61,722 nt of DNA from a bacterium. GTDB lineage: Bacteria; Cyanobacteriota; Vampirovibrionia; Gastranaerophilales; JBAXKC01. Under the pieces are notes generated by a model that was not told where the DNA came from, made no database searches, and was given only the letters and a program-made list of their open reading frames with translations. The translations under genes and the position numbers were made by a program. Below, piece after piece: positions 10,261-20,303 of the stretch (its first letter is position 1; each line of letters begins with the position of its first letter). Location of the stretch: positions 1 to 61,722 of the forward strand of contig JBAXKC010000014.1 in assembly GCA_037137535.1 (NCBI GenBank), given 5' to 3'.

Positions 10261-12396
10261 ATGAATTTATTTTTAGGTTTATCTACATCATCGTATTTGT
10301 TATTTGCGATAGTTAGTGCAATTTTAGTAATTGCATTTGGTCTTTACACAAGAAGTCAAGTGCTAAAACTTGATGCAGGCAGTGAAACAATGCAGAAAAT
10401 AGCATCCTTTATTCAAGAGGGAGCTAACGCATACATGAATAGACAGTATAAGACTATAAGTATAGTCGCTGTAATTCTTTGTTCTGTTTTATTTGTTGTA
10501 TTTAGTTTAAGAAGTGGCATAAAATTTGGTGCTCTTGTTGCAATAGGTTATATAATCGGTGCTAGTTTTAGTGCCCTTACAGGCTATATAGGAATGTTTG
10601 TTTCAGTAAAAGCAAATGTTCGTACTGCTCAAGCGGCTAAAAAAGGTCTGGCAGAAGCTCTTGATGTTGCTTTCAAAGGTGGAGCAGTAACGGGGCTTTT
10701 AGTTGTAGGGCTAGGATTGCTTGGTGTTGCAGGGTATTATTTGATTACAAGCTCTTTTTATCCGGGACATCCTGAATTAGCAATAAGACCTTTAATTGGT
10801 CTTGCTTTTGGCTCTAGTCTTATAAGTGTATTTGCAAGGCTTGGTGGCGGTATTTTTACTAAAGCCGCTGATGTCGGTGCAGATCTTGTCGGTAAAGTTG
10901 AAGCGGGAATCCCCGAGGATGATCCTAGAAACCCTGCTGTTATTGCTGATAATGTAGGTGACAATGTGGGTGATTGTGCGGGTATGGCTGCGGATTTGTT
11001 TGAAACATATGCTGTAACTGCTGTTGCCGCTATGCTTCTAGGGGCGATTGTTGTGAAGTCAGAATCTGCTGTTATATTTCCTCTGGCTTTAGCTGGTATT
11101 TCAGCTATTGCATCAATTTTGGGTACATTTTTTGTTAAGCTCGGAACTAAGAAAAGTATAATGAAAGCTCTTTATCAAGGACTTATTGCAAGTGCGTTTT
11201 TCTCTTTAATCGGCTTTGCTTTTGTTACTTATTCCTTTTTCCCTGCGGGATTAAAAGTCGGTCTTGCGGTTTATTCTCCAGTTAAGATGTTCATGGCGGC
11301 ATCAGTAGGGATAATTGTAACGGCTCTTCTTGTTTATATTACTGAATATTACACTTCTACAGATAATAGACCCGTAAGAAAAATAGCAGAAGCCTCATTG
11401 ACAGGGCATGCTACTAATATAATCGAAGGTCTTGCCGTTGGTATGAGATCAACCGCTGCCCCTGTTATAGTAATTGTTCTTGGCATCATTGCTTCTAATA
11501 TTCTTGCTGGCTTATACGGCATAGCGCTCGCAGCTATGGCAATGTTGTCTATGGCAGGAATTATAGTAGCTCTTGACGCTTATGGGCCTATTACAGATAA
11601 TGCAGGCGGTATTGCCGAAATGGCAAATTTAGACCCAGAAGTAAGAAAAGTTACCGATCCTCTTGATGCGGTAGGGAATACTACAAAGGCTGTAACGAAA
11701 GGCTATGCTATCGGTTCAGCCGGTTTAGCTGCGGTAGTTCTCTTTACTTCTTATATTCAAGATTTAAAAGATGCTATTTTGACTACAGGCAAAAGCGTGA
11801 ATTTTGATGTAAACAGTCTTTTTTCACTTGCTGATCCTTATGTAATTACAGGCTTATTCTTAGGCGGTCTTATTCCTTACCTGTTTGCTTCTTTTGCGAT
11901 GGAAGCTGTCGGTAAGACCGGCGGAAAAGTTGTAAATGAAGTAAGAAGGCAATTCAAAGAAATCCCTGGCATTATGGACGGAACTGCAAAACCTGATTAT
12001 AGAGCTTGTGTAGACATTGTAACAAAGGCAGCGCTTAAACAGATGATCAGACCTGCTTTATTACCTGTGTTAGTGCCTGTCATATTGCTTGTTATTGGGA
12101 AATTTGTTCCTGCCGAGTATGTTGCGGCTAAATTAATTGGCGGTGTTCTTGTAGGAAGTATCGTAACTGGTTTATTCGTTGCTATTTCAATGACAACAGG
12201 TGGCGGTGCATGGGATAATGCTAAAAAATACATAGAAGACGGACATTTTGGCGGAAAAGGCTCTGCTGCACATCAGGCTGCTGTTACAGGCGATACAGTC
12301 GGTGATCCTTATAAAGATACAGCCGGTCCTGCTATCAACCCGATGATTAAAATTCTTAATATCGTAGCGTTATTACTTGTCTTATTCTTAGTATAG
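10261..12396 (+). CDS. hppA: Membrane-bound H+-translocating pyrophosphatase, K+-independent type
   Basis: [36 protein letters not shown] has Lys at the K+-dependence site. Confidence 0.95.
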   Translation: MNLFLGLSTSSYLLFAIVSAILVIAFGLYTRSQVLKLDAGSETMQKIASFIQEGANAYMNRQYKTISIVAVILCSVLFVVFSLRSGIKFGALVAIGYIIGASFSALTGYIGMFVSVKANVRTAQAAKKGLAEALDVAFKGGAVTGLLVVGLGLLGVAGYYLITSSFYPGHPELAIRPLIGLAFGSSLISVFARLGGGIFTKAADVGADLVGKVEAGIPEDDPRNPAVIADNVGDNVGDCAGMAADLFETYAVTAVAAMLLGAIVVKSESAVIFPLALAGISAIASILGTFFVKLGTKKSIMKALYQGLIASAFFSLIGFAFVTYSFFPAGLKVGLAVYSPVKMFMAASVGIIVTALLVYITEYYTSTDNRPVRKIAEASLTGHATNIIEGLAVGMRSTAAPVIVIVLGIIASNILAGLYGIALAAMAMLSMAGIIVALDAYGPITDNAGGIAEMANLDPEVRKVTDPLDAVGNTTKAVTKGYAIGSAGLAAVVLFTSYIQDLKDAILTTGKSVNFDVNSLFSLADPYVITGLFLGGLIPYLFASFAMEAVGKTGGKVVNEVRRQFKEIPGIMDGTAKPDYRACVDIVTKAALKQMIRPALLPVLVPVILLVIGKFVPAEYVAAKLIGGVLVGSIVTGLFVAISMTTGGGAWDNAKKYIEDGHFGGKGSAAHQAAVTGDTVGDPYKDTAGPAINPMIKILNIVALLLVLFLV

Positions 12397-12418
12397 AATT
12401 TATAAATCTTAATAGAAG

Positions 12419-12446
12419 ACCGCTTTTTTACAAAAGGCGGTTTTTT
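12419..12446 (+). terminator. Intrinsic terminator after hppA
   Basis: accgctttt...aaggcggt stem followed by a T-run. Confidence 0.65.
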
Positions 12447-12568
12447 GTTGTCAAAATTATGATAATATTCTTATAATATAGAAGAAACAGCAAATTTAGT
12501 TTGCTTTTAGGCTTTATTTTTGCTACTTTCATAATAAAATATGCAACAAATATCTAAGGAGACAGGCA

Positions 12569-14452
12569 GTGAAAAATTGTTGGAAGAACTGGAATATACC
12601 TGATGAAGTGAAGTATGTTCTTGATAATGCTCCAAATGTAATAATACCAAAGTCAAGAGAAGAATTAATTGACCTTTCTGTGGGCGGAAAAGACAGTTTA
12701 ACCTATGACATCGGCTATGATGTCGAAGGAATGGGTCATGTTCATGAAGCAAATGTAGTTCGCTGTAAAAACGGTTTATCCGTAAATTATCCTGAAGCAT
12801 ACATGAGAAGACGTGATCCTAATTGTATGCTTGTTAATAATATTGAAAAGACTGATAAGCCAAGATATTCAGATAATTATAAAGAAGATTTTGAACAATT
12901 AAGAGTTGAAACTTTTGATTGGTTAAAAGACCGAGATATTATTCTTTTACCTTTTAGCGCAGGCGGAAAAGATTATGGCTACCCTGCACTTCTTATTTGT
13001 CCTGCTAACTCCGCATTTTTTGCGGCGAGTGTTTGTGACCTTTCAGGAATGATGGAAGTAAGAAAACTTGATGATGACTTTACTCCTAAAGCTGTTATTT
13101 ATCTTGCTCCTCCTTTCAGGCATACTCACTTTGAAGGTAAACAAATGGTTATTCATAATAACCATGACGGAATACATGAGATATTCTCATATAATTTATA
13201 TTTAGGGCCAAGTGCTAAAAAGGGCGTTTATGGTGTTCTTTTAGGTATTGGTGTCGAAGAAAATTGGACTACTGTCCATGCTTCAGCTGTTAAAGTTATG
13301 ACACCGTACGATAACGAAGTTGTCTTTATTCATGAGGGGGCAAGCGGTTCAGGTAAAAGTGAAATGCTTGAATATGCTCACAGAAAAAAAGACGGACGTT
13401 TATTATTAGGTAGAAATACTGTTACAGATGAAAAAAGATATTTATCTCTTAATCAGTCTTGTCAATTAAATCCTGTAACTGATGATATGGCTTTATGTCA
13501 CCCGTCATTCCAGAAAAAAGGCGGTAAATTGGCTGTTGCTGATGCGGAGCAGTCTTGGTTCATGAGAGTTAACCATATTACAAAATATGGTATTGACTCA
13601 AACCTTGAACAGGCGACTATACATCCGACTCAACCTTTAATTTTCCTTAACATGGACGGTCATCCAAAGGCGACTTGTCTGCTTTGGGAGCATATTGAAG
13701 ACAGCCCCGGGAAACGTTGCCCTAATCCTAGGGTAATTATTCCTAGAGATTGCGTAAAAGGAATAGTTGATGGACCTGTTGAAGTTGATTATAGAAGTTT
13801 TGGTATCAGAACACCGCCTTCAACTAAAGAAAACCCAAGTTATGCTATTTTCGGGATGTTGCATATTCTTCCTCCAGCATTAGCTTGGTTATGGAGATTA
13901 GTTGCTCCTAGAGGCTTCTCTAATCCTTCTATTTTAGATGACGGCGATGGATTAACAAGTGAAGGTGTCGGTTCTTACTGGCCATTCGCAACAGGAAGAA
14001 AAGTGGATCACGCTAACCTTATGCTTGAGCAGATTCAAAATACCCCTGATACAAGACATATTTTAGTTCCTAACCAGCATATAGGTGCTTGGGATGTAGG
14101 ATTTATGCCTCAATGGGTAGTAAGAGAATATCTTGCAAGAAGAGGACAAGCGTCTTTTAATAAAGTAACAAAACTCAAGGCTGCAAGATCACCATTGGGC
14201 GGATATATTTTGAGCAGTATGCAAATTGAAGGAGCTGTTATTTCTAATAAGTTTCTTGATGTTTCTGAACAGCCTGAAGTTGGAATTGAAGGTTATGATG
14301 CAGGAGCTGCAAGACTACATAACTTTATAAAAAGTGAAATAAAAGAACTTCTTATAAGAGATCTTCATCCGCTTGGTAGAGGAATTATTCAATGTTGTCT
14401 TGATGATGGTTCACTTGATGACTTTGAAAAACTTATGCCCGGTAAATATTAA
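12569..14452 (+). CDS. DUF4914 family protein, PEP carboxykinase-like fold
   Basis: YMRRRDP, SAKKGVY, HASAV, HEGASGSGKSE, TDDM, CPNPRV, SEGVGSYWPF; GTG start after GGAG. Confidence 0.8.
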   Translation: MKNCWKNWNIPDEVKYVLDNAPNVIIPKSREELIDLSVGGKDSLTYDIGYDVEGMGHVHEANVVRCKNGLSVNYPEAYMRRRDPNCMLVNNIEKTDKPRYSDNYKEDFEQLRVETFDWLKDRDIILLPFSAGGKDYGYPALLICPANSAFFAASVCDLSGMMEVRKLDDDFTPKAVIYLAPPFRHTHFEGKQMVIHNNHDGIHEIFSYNLYLGPSAKKGVYGVLLGIGVEENWTTVHASAVKVMTPYDNEVVFIHEGASGSGKSEMLEYAHRKKDGRLLLGRNTVTDEKRYLSLNQSCQLNPVTDDMALCHPSFQKKGGKLAVADAEQSWFMRVNHITKYGIDSNLEQATIHPTQPLIFLNMDGHPKATCLLWEHIEDSPGKRCPNPRVIIPRDCVKGIVDGPVEVDYRSFGIRTPPSTKENPSYAIFGMLHILPPALAWLWRLVAPRGFSNPSILDDGDGLTSEGVGSYWPFATGRKVDHANLMLEQIQNTPDTRHILVPNQHIGAWDVGFMPQWVVREYLARRGQASFNKVTKLKAARSPLGGYILSSMQIEGAVISNKFLDVSEQPEVGIEGYDAGAARLHNFIKSEIKELLIRDLHPLGRGIIQCCLDDGSLDDFEKLMPGKY

Positions 14453-14472
14453 TATTTAATCAAGTTATTTAT

Positions 14473-14499
14473 AAAGACACCCATAAAAGGGTGTCTTTT
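14473..14499 (+). terminator. Intrinsic terminator
   Basis: aaagacaccc-ataaaa-gggtgtctttt. Confidence 0.7.
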
Positions 14500-14545
14500 G
14501 TATTATAATTAAACATAATGAACATAGAAAAGGCAAAAGGGCAGT

Positions 14546-16330
14546 ATGATTAGAGATAAAGTATTTGAAAAAGTTTTTAAGGCAATAAATCTGGCATCTG
14601 AAAAAGGTTTATTAGGTGATTTTAAAGAAGTGACTCCAGAAAATATCGCAATAGAAAAACCTAGAAATCCTGAATTTGGTGATTTTGCGGTAAACGTATC
14701 ATTTTTGGCAAGATATGCTAAAAAGTCGCCTGCTCAAATAGCACAAGAAATTGCGGATTTGGTTGAAGCTGAGGGCTTTGAATTAACAGTTGTAAATGGA
14801 TTTATAAACTTTAAAACAGATATGACTAATCTGTCTGCAACTTTAGAATATATATTAAGAACGGGTCTTGATTTTGGAAGAAATGAATTAGGCAAAGGAC
14901 AAAAAGTTTTGCTTGAGTATGTTTCCGCAAATCCGACAGGACCTTTACATATTGGTCATGGAAGATGGGCAGCTGTAGGAAGTGCGCTTGCAAATATTAT
15001 GAAATTTTCAGGTTATAAAGTTGATCAGGAATTTTATATTAATGATGCGGGTAACCAGATTAATAATCTTGGGAAGTCACTTTGGGTAAGAGTCTTAAAT
15101 GAATTAGGAAATGACGTTAAGTTTCCTGATAAAGAAGAAGACGGTTCAAAAAATTATTATCCCGGTGAATATCTTATTGATGCGGCAAAAGAATATGTGA
15201 AGGAAAATAAATCAACGGCAGAAGAATTTTTTGCAAAGAATCCTGAGCCTTTAAATCCTTCTGATGAAGTTGTGAAGATTATGTCTGACTTTGTTAAAGC
15301 AATGATGCTTGAACAACAGAAAGAACTTCTTAAAACCTTTAAAACGGAATTTGATTGCTGGTATAGTGAAACAGCTCTTCATCAATCAGGTAAAGTGGAA
15401 GAAGCTATAGAAAAATTAAAAGCTAACGATGAAATATATGAAAAAGATGGTGCAGATTGGTTCAAATCTACTAAATACGGGGATGATCAAGATAGAGTAA
15501 TTGTTAAATCAGATGGTTCTTATACTTATCTTACCGCAGATGTTGCATATCATTATGATAAACTGCAAAGAGGTTATGACAAACTTATAAATATATGGGG
15601 AGCAGACCATCATGGTTATGTGGCAAGAATAAGAGCTTCTATTCAAGCATTAGGATATAATCCAAATAGTTTGGAAGTATTGTTAGGTCAGCTTGTAAAC
15701 CTTATTGTCGGTGGAGAACAGACAAGAATGGGCAAGAGAAAAAAAATGTACACTCTTGAAGACCTTATAGAAGAAGTCGGCATTGATGCGACACGTTTTT
15801 GGATGATTATGAGAAGCATCGACACCACTTTAGATTTTGATATTGATCTTGCTAAGTCATGTTCTGATGAAAACCCTGTTTATTATGTTCAATATGCTCA
15901 TGCAAGAGCTTCAAGTATTATTAGAAATGCTGTTCAGCCTAAAGTTGATACCGAAACAGGCGAAACTATACCTGAATCTATTAAATTGGAAGATCTTGTC
16001 TTACTTTTAAACAAAGCAACTCCTGATACTTTTAGTCCTTTATGGAATGTTGAAAATGAACGTGAAAGGGAAGCGGCAAAACAATTAACTTTAAAACTGG
16101 ATGCTTTTGAAGATTTTGTTAAACTTTCAGCAAAAACAAAAGCTCCTTATCATATCGTCAGATATTTACAGGAACTTGCTGCTGATTTCCACCATTTTTA
16201 TACTGTTTCAAGAGTTTTAAACGTTGAGTCTGATTTAATGAAATCAAGGCTATTAGTAGTTATGTCAGTAAAAAATATTTTAGCGACTGCTTTAAATTTA
16301 TTAGGTGTAAATGCTCCTGCAAGTATGTAA
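14546..16330 (+). CDS. argS: Arginine--tRNA ligase
   Basis: EYVSANPTGPLHIGHGR (HIGH), WGADHHGY, NPVYYVQYAHAR. Confidence 0.97.
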   Translation: MIRDKVFEKVFKAINLASEKGLLGDFKEVTPENIAIEKPRNPEFGDFAVNVSFLARYAKKSPAQIAQEIADLVEAEGFELTVVNGFINFKTDMTNLSATLEYILRTGLDFGRNELGKGQKVLLEYVSANPTGPLHIGHGRWAAVGSALANIMKFSGYKVDQEFYINDAGNQINNLGKSLWVRVLNELGNDVKFPDKEEDGSKNYYPGEYLIDAAKEYVKENKSTAEEFFAKNPEPLNPSDEVVKIMSDFVKAMMLEQQKELLKTFKTEFDCWYSETALHQSGKVEEAIEKLKANDEIYEKDGADWFKSTKYGDDQDRVIVKSDGSYTYLTADVAYHYDKLQRGYDKLINIWGADHHGYVARIRASIQALGYNPNSLEVLLGQLVNLIVGGEQTRMGKRKKMYTLEDLIEEVGIDATRFWMIMRSIDTTLDFDIDLAKSCSDENPVYYVQYAHARASSIIRNAVQPKVDTETGETIPESIKLEDLVLLLNKATPDTFSPLWNVENEREREAAKQLTLKLDAFEDFVKLSAKTKAPYHIVRYLQELAADFHHFYTVSRVLNVESDLMKSRLLVVMSVKNILATALNLLGVNAPASM

Positions 16331-16394
16331 ATGATTGGAGTTTACGTTAGCATGGAGTAAAATATAATAACTGTAAACCTTAGGAGGTTATAAT

Positions 16395-16562
16395 ATGTCT
16401 GATATTCCAGTTTGTCCATTAATGAGCGCAGGGCAAGATACAATGCAAATTTGTGCGCAAGAGAGCTGTGCATGGTATATGAAAAGTTATAAGACCTGTG
16501 CTATGTATGTTTTAGCTCATAATGCGGCTCTTGACATAAAACAAAAACAACAGCCTAAATAA
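16395..16562 (+). CDS. Small 55-aa four-cysteine protein absent from the ORF track
   Basis: AGGAGG RBS at 16382-16387; MSDIPVCPLMSAGQDTMQICAQESCAWYMKSYKTCAMYVLAHNAALDIKQKQQPK; terminator follows. Confidence 0.75.
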   Translation: MSDIPVCPLMSAGQDTMQICAQESCAWYMKSYKTCAMYVLAHNAALDIKQKQQPK

Positions 16563-16567
16563 ATATT

Positions 16568-16604
16568 AATAACCTGAAGCTTATCTTAAAGACTTCAGGT
16601 TATT
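16568..16604. terminator. Bidirectional intrinsic terminator
   Basis: aataacctgaag...cttcaggttatt inverted repeat. Confidence 0.65.
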
Positions 16605-16961
16605 TTTTAAAGTTTTATCTATTTCTTTATTTGTATAGGTATCCCACAAATAAGTTATTGCGCCTCCTCCTAACGCACCGCCTGATATGTTAATAATAGT
16701 TTCTATAATATTGGATTTTAAGAATTCGTCATTCCCTTTTCTTAAATAATTTATGCCAACTGCAATTACACTAAGTCCTGTAATTGCAGTTGAGATTATA
16801 AGAGCATTTTTTAGAGGATCCCTTTTATATTTATTTGCAATTTGTTCATTTGTGGTTTTATCTGTAAGAATTGGAGGATTATTGCTTTTTAATTCTTGTT
16901 TTTGAGTGTTTTTAAAACCAATATATTGTGATTTATTTGGTAGATTTAAATTAATGTTCAT
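16581..16961 (-). CDS. Hypothetical small membrane protein
   Basis: 126-aa ORF with two hydrophobic or Gly-rich segments. Confidence 0.55.
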   Translation of the reverse strand: MNINLNLPNKSQYIGFKNTQKQELKSNNPPILTDKTTNEQIANKYKRDPLKNALIISTAITGLSVIAVGINYLRKGNDEFLKSNIIETIINISGGALGGGAITYLWDTYTNKEIDKTLKNNLKSLR

Positions 16962-17020
16962 TATAAATACCTATGCAAAGCAATATTCTTATTAAATAAA
17001 ACAATTATATAAGAAAAATT

Positions 17021-17282
17021 GTTATTGAATTGTAAACCACAACTGTAACTTTTTTCTTTATCGAAGAAGTATCATTAATTACATAATCTGACACATCTGT
17101 TAAATTAATCGGTGTTATTTGGAATCCCCCATTTTAGAAGAGTTTATATGACCTACATTTTTGCCTGTACTTGTAAGCATTGCTTGCGCACGTTGTTTAG
17201 TATTGTCAGAGGCATCTTTCAATAATTCTACTTTGATTGTATCAAGTGGGGGGGGGATATTGGGGATTATAAGGGATTAAAA
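17021..17282 (-). pseudogene. Decayed duplicate of the 3' third of the SIMPL gene
   Basis: Aligns to about 17886-18160 with many substitutions, a 1-nt deletion, a G9 tract replacing 11 nt and an 11-nt deletion near the stop; no 5' part. Confidence 0.85.
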
Positions 17283-17425
17283 TATTAATTAATATTAATA
17301 ATGTATTACTCTTGTTATTTCCTTTTAGCCCGTTATTTTTATAAAACAGTTATTAAATTAAGGGAAATTATTTTTTTATTTCTATTTATAAATTATAGAT
17401 TATTTATATTTTGCTAAAGTAAAGA

Positions 17426-17806
17426 TTGATAGTTTATGAATATAGAATAAAGGAAGAAAACATGAATAATATGCAATTAGGTTTTAAAGGATTAGAAACA
17501 ATAAATCATAAAAGCAGAATAACTTCTCCTGATGAAGATATTAATTTAATGAAAAAATATAAGAATATTAACAAAAGTGACATTGAAACATCTGATAGAT
17601 TTGATTCAAATTATACTAAAAAATTAACTTTAAAAAGTGGAGTTGAATTATCTTTTTCTCCTGATATTTTAGAAATAAAAGAAGGTAAAAAAATTACTTC
17701 CATCCAAACAGATGAAAAAACAAATGAGGGAGAAGATGATTTTATGAGAAAATCATCAAATGCAATGGCTGGAACTATAATTGATAAATTGAATGTATTA
17801 GTTTAA
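17426..17806 (+). CDS. Hypothetical protein
   Basis: ORF; likely start is the ATG at 17462 (MNNMQLGFKG) after aaggaag. Confidence 0.55.
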   Translation: MIVYEYRIKEENMNNMQLGFKGLETINHKSRITSPDEDINLMKKYKNINKSDIETSDRFDSNYTKKLTLKSGVELSFSPDILEIKEGKKITSIQTDEKTNEGEDDFMRKSSNAMAGTIIDKLNVLV

Positions 17807-17833
17807 ATCTTTGAAATTTATTATTTCAATTTA

Positions 17834-17865
17834 AAATCTGAAGTTTTAATTAAAACTTCAGATTT
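17834..17865. terminator. Perfect 32-bp palindrome, probable bidirectional terminator
   Basis: aaatctgaagttttaattaaaacttcagattt between convergent genes. Confidence 0.65.
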
Positions 17866-17886
17866 ATTTTTATTAAATAGAGGTGG

Positions 17887-18615
17887 TTATTCAATTGCAA
17901 ATTTAACTTGAACCACAGCAGTAACTTTTTTCTTTATCGAAGAAGTATCATTAATTCCGTAGTCTGATACATCGGTTGAATTAATTGGTGTTATTTGGAA
18001 TACTCCCATTTTAGAAGAGGTTATATGACCTACATTGTTGCCTGTACTTTTAATCATTGCCTGCGCACGTTGTTTAGCATTGTTAGAGGCATCTTTCAGT
18101 AATTCTACTTTTATTGTATCAAGTGGAGTGTAAAAATATTGGGGATTATAAGAATTAAAATTAATACCTTCGGTTAATAATTTTTGAGAGCTTAAAGAAG
18201 TTTCTGTGATTTTATTAATATCCTTTGACTGAACGTCTATTGGCTGAATAAAATTATAATAATCAATCTTATTAGTGTCATAGCCATTGCTGTTTTTTAT
18301 ATAGACAGGATTTTGGGCGATTTTTTGCATCATAATTTCATCTTTTGAAAAGCCTTGAGCGGTTAAATAATCCGTAAATTTCTTGGAATAATCGCTTAAT
18401 TCATTATAGCCGTTTTTTAGGGAGGAGGCTTTTACCGTTATTTCAGAATGCCATGTTGCATAGTCAGAGGTTACGGTTTTATTTGCAGCTCCAGTTACTT
18501 CAATACCATTTCTTGATAAATTATTAACACCTATAATTACACAGATTATGAGTGCGAGTCCTAAAATAAATCCAAACAGAAGCAATTGAAAATCTTTTAT
18601 TCTTTCCATTAACAA
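17887..18615 (-). CDS. SIMPL (DUF541) domain protein
   Basis: N-terminal TM, IEVTGAA, NAKQRA, GVFQITP, DTSSIKKKVTAVV. Confidence 0.88.
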   Translation of the reverse strand: MLMERIKDFQLLLFGFILGLALIICVIIGVNNLSRNGIEVTGAANKTVTSDYATWHSEITVKASSLKNGYNELSDYSKKFTDYLTAQGFSKDEIMMQKIAQNPVYIKNSNGYDTNKIDYYNFIQPIDVQSKDINKITETSLSSQKLLTEGINFNSYNPQYFYTPLDTIKVELLKDASNNAKQRAQAMIKSTGNNVGHITSSKMGVFQITPINSTDVSDYGINDTSSIKKKVTAVVQVKFAIE

Positions 18616-18696
18616 ACCTCCCGATGATTAATTAATAATCATATTAATCGTTTTTTTAGTTTGTTTTATGCTCCATCTTAATATCTTTGGATTAAT

Positions 18697-19203
18697 TTAA
18701 ATTTTCTCTAACGGTTGAGGAACTTCTAGCCCTTCACCGCCTATATATTTAACTTTTTGTTCTTCAACTTCCAGATAAACAGGCTTTTTAGATCTTTCAT
18801 CAAGTGTTGTATTTATAATTTGGTTTAGTCCAAATTCAAGACTTTCTGATCCTCCTTCGGAGTTAAATTCTTTTGAAAGATTTATATCGGTTTCATTTGC
18901 CAGATATTTAATTTCTATTAATTTAGTTCCTTCGGGTATTTCTGTGTAATAGCCCTGTTTTTGTTCTTCTGCTGTCGGGCCTTGTAAAAGGGAACTAATT
19001 GCAGCGTTAAGGCGATCATTATTTCCTTTTTGATATGGTCTTCTTAATAATTTGAGTTCGCTTTTTGTAGTGCTTATATTTTTTACAAAATATACATTTA
19101 TATTATGTGTTTTTATATATAACTGAAATAAATATATAACTGAAATTAAAGTAACAGAACACGTAAGAAGTATTAAAATCATCTTATTTCTGACTGAATT
19201 CAT
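18697..19203 (-). CDS. GerMN domain protein
   Basis: N-terminal TM, LLQGPT..E...GYYTEIP, INLSKEF, QIINT. Confidence 0.85.
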   Translation of the reverse strand: MNSVRNKMILILLTCSVTLISVIYLFQLYIKTHNINVYFVKNISTTKSELKLLRRPYQKGNNDRLNAAISSLLQGPTAEEQKQGYYTEIPEGTKLIEIKYLANETDINLSKEFNSEGGSESLEFGLNQIINTTLDERSKKPVYLEVEEQKVKYIGGEGLEVPQPLEKI

Positions 19204-19214
19204 AGAATTATTCC

Positions 19215-20087
19215 TTATACTTTAGCTTTTGCCGATTTTTTTGTAGGAAGAAAATAAGTTCCTTCTATATTTATTCCATTGTCTTTAATATTTAAACTCT
19301 TAATATTATAAATTTCACCGTTTTTAGAAATAGATTTAAAATCAAAAATAACAGGCTTAAAGGTTTTAACATATCCGTTCATGAAATTAAGATCAATAAA
19401 TGATTTGGAAAGTATTTCTAATGAAGAAAGTCTTATTTTTCCATTATCAGGCATTAATTGAATACCAAGGTTTAAAGGAATTGAAAAAATTCCAGGCATT
19501 CCGGAAAAAGTGATGTTTCCCGATAAATTTATTTGATTATTTTCTATATTAACTTTTGGATTCAAAATGGATAAATCTAATATATTGTTGAATTTCAGTC
19601 CTGAAAACATAGCTTGATAAATAGGAGCATTAAGCGTTTCATTTATATCATTTTCAGTAATGTAGGATTTAAAGCCCACAAAAATATCGGAAAGAGGTAC
19701 TACAGGATTTTTCTTGTAATTTATATGTATAAAATCACAAAGAGTTTTAGCTTCTAGACTTGAAACATGTATATCTTGAACTGTTAGGTTTTTACCTGAT
19801 ATTTTTAAACCTTTGAATTTTCCTGCATTTGCATCGCCAACACTATAAAGGTCAAGTTTAACATTAACATCTCCGCTTACTGTTTTTAGGATTTCTCTTT
19901 TCATTACGCTTTGAGCAATGTTTTTGACAACAAAGTTAAGGCCTGTTACCTTTTGTAGGGTTCTTGAAAAGGAATTGCTTATAGGATAAGGCTTAGGAGT
20001 GCAACTACCTGTTGAAGCATAGCCTGTGCCTGATAATAGTAATGATGATAATAAGACGGAAGCTAATATTTTTTTAATGTTATTCAT
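19215..20087 (-). CDS. Secreted DUF2993/LmeA-like protein
   Basis: Signal peptide; beta-rich; ITENDIN motif resembling DUF2993. Confidence 0.55.
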   Translation of the reverse strand: MNNIKKILASVLLSSLLLSGTGYASTGSCTPKPYPISNSFSRTLQKVTGLNFVVKNIAQSVMKREILKTVSGDVNVKLDLYSVGDANAGKFKGLKISGKNLTVQDIHVSSLEAKTLCDFIHINYKKNPVVPLSDIFVGFKSYITENDINETLNAPIYQAMFSGLKFNNILDLSILNPKVNIENNQINLSGNITFSGMPGIFSIPLNLGIQLMPDNGKIRLSSLEILSKSFIDLNFMNGYVKTFKPVIFDFKSISKNGEIYNIKSLNIKDNGINIEGTYFLPTKKSAKAKV

Positions 20088-20303
20088 AAAATTAAATCCT
20101 AAAATTTATAAGTATTAATAATAATTTATTCTTACATTATATTACACTTTTACACAAATGATTTCGTATTTTTTACGCAAAAAGACTGAAATTTAGCCAT
20201 GCTAAAATTTTAAAAATTAGTCTGATTGTGATAAATTATAAATAGATGCATTTTGGTTTTTTATAAAAAAACTGTTAACTAAAAGCTGTGAGAGGAAATA
20301 AAA

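Noticed and set aside
17021-18160. SIMPL duplicate as a DGR template/variable repeat pair
   Set aside because: Mismatches are not adenine-specific and include frameshifting indels
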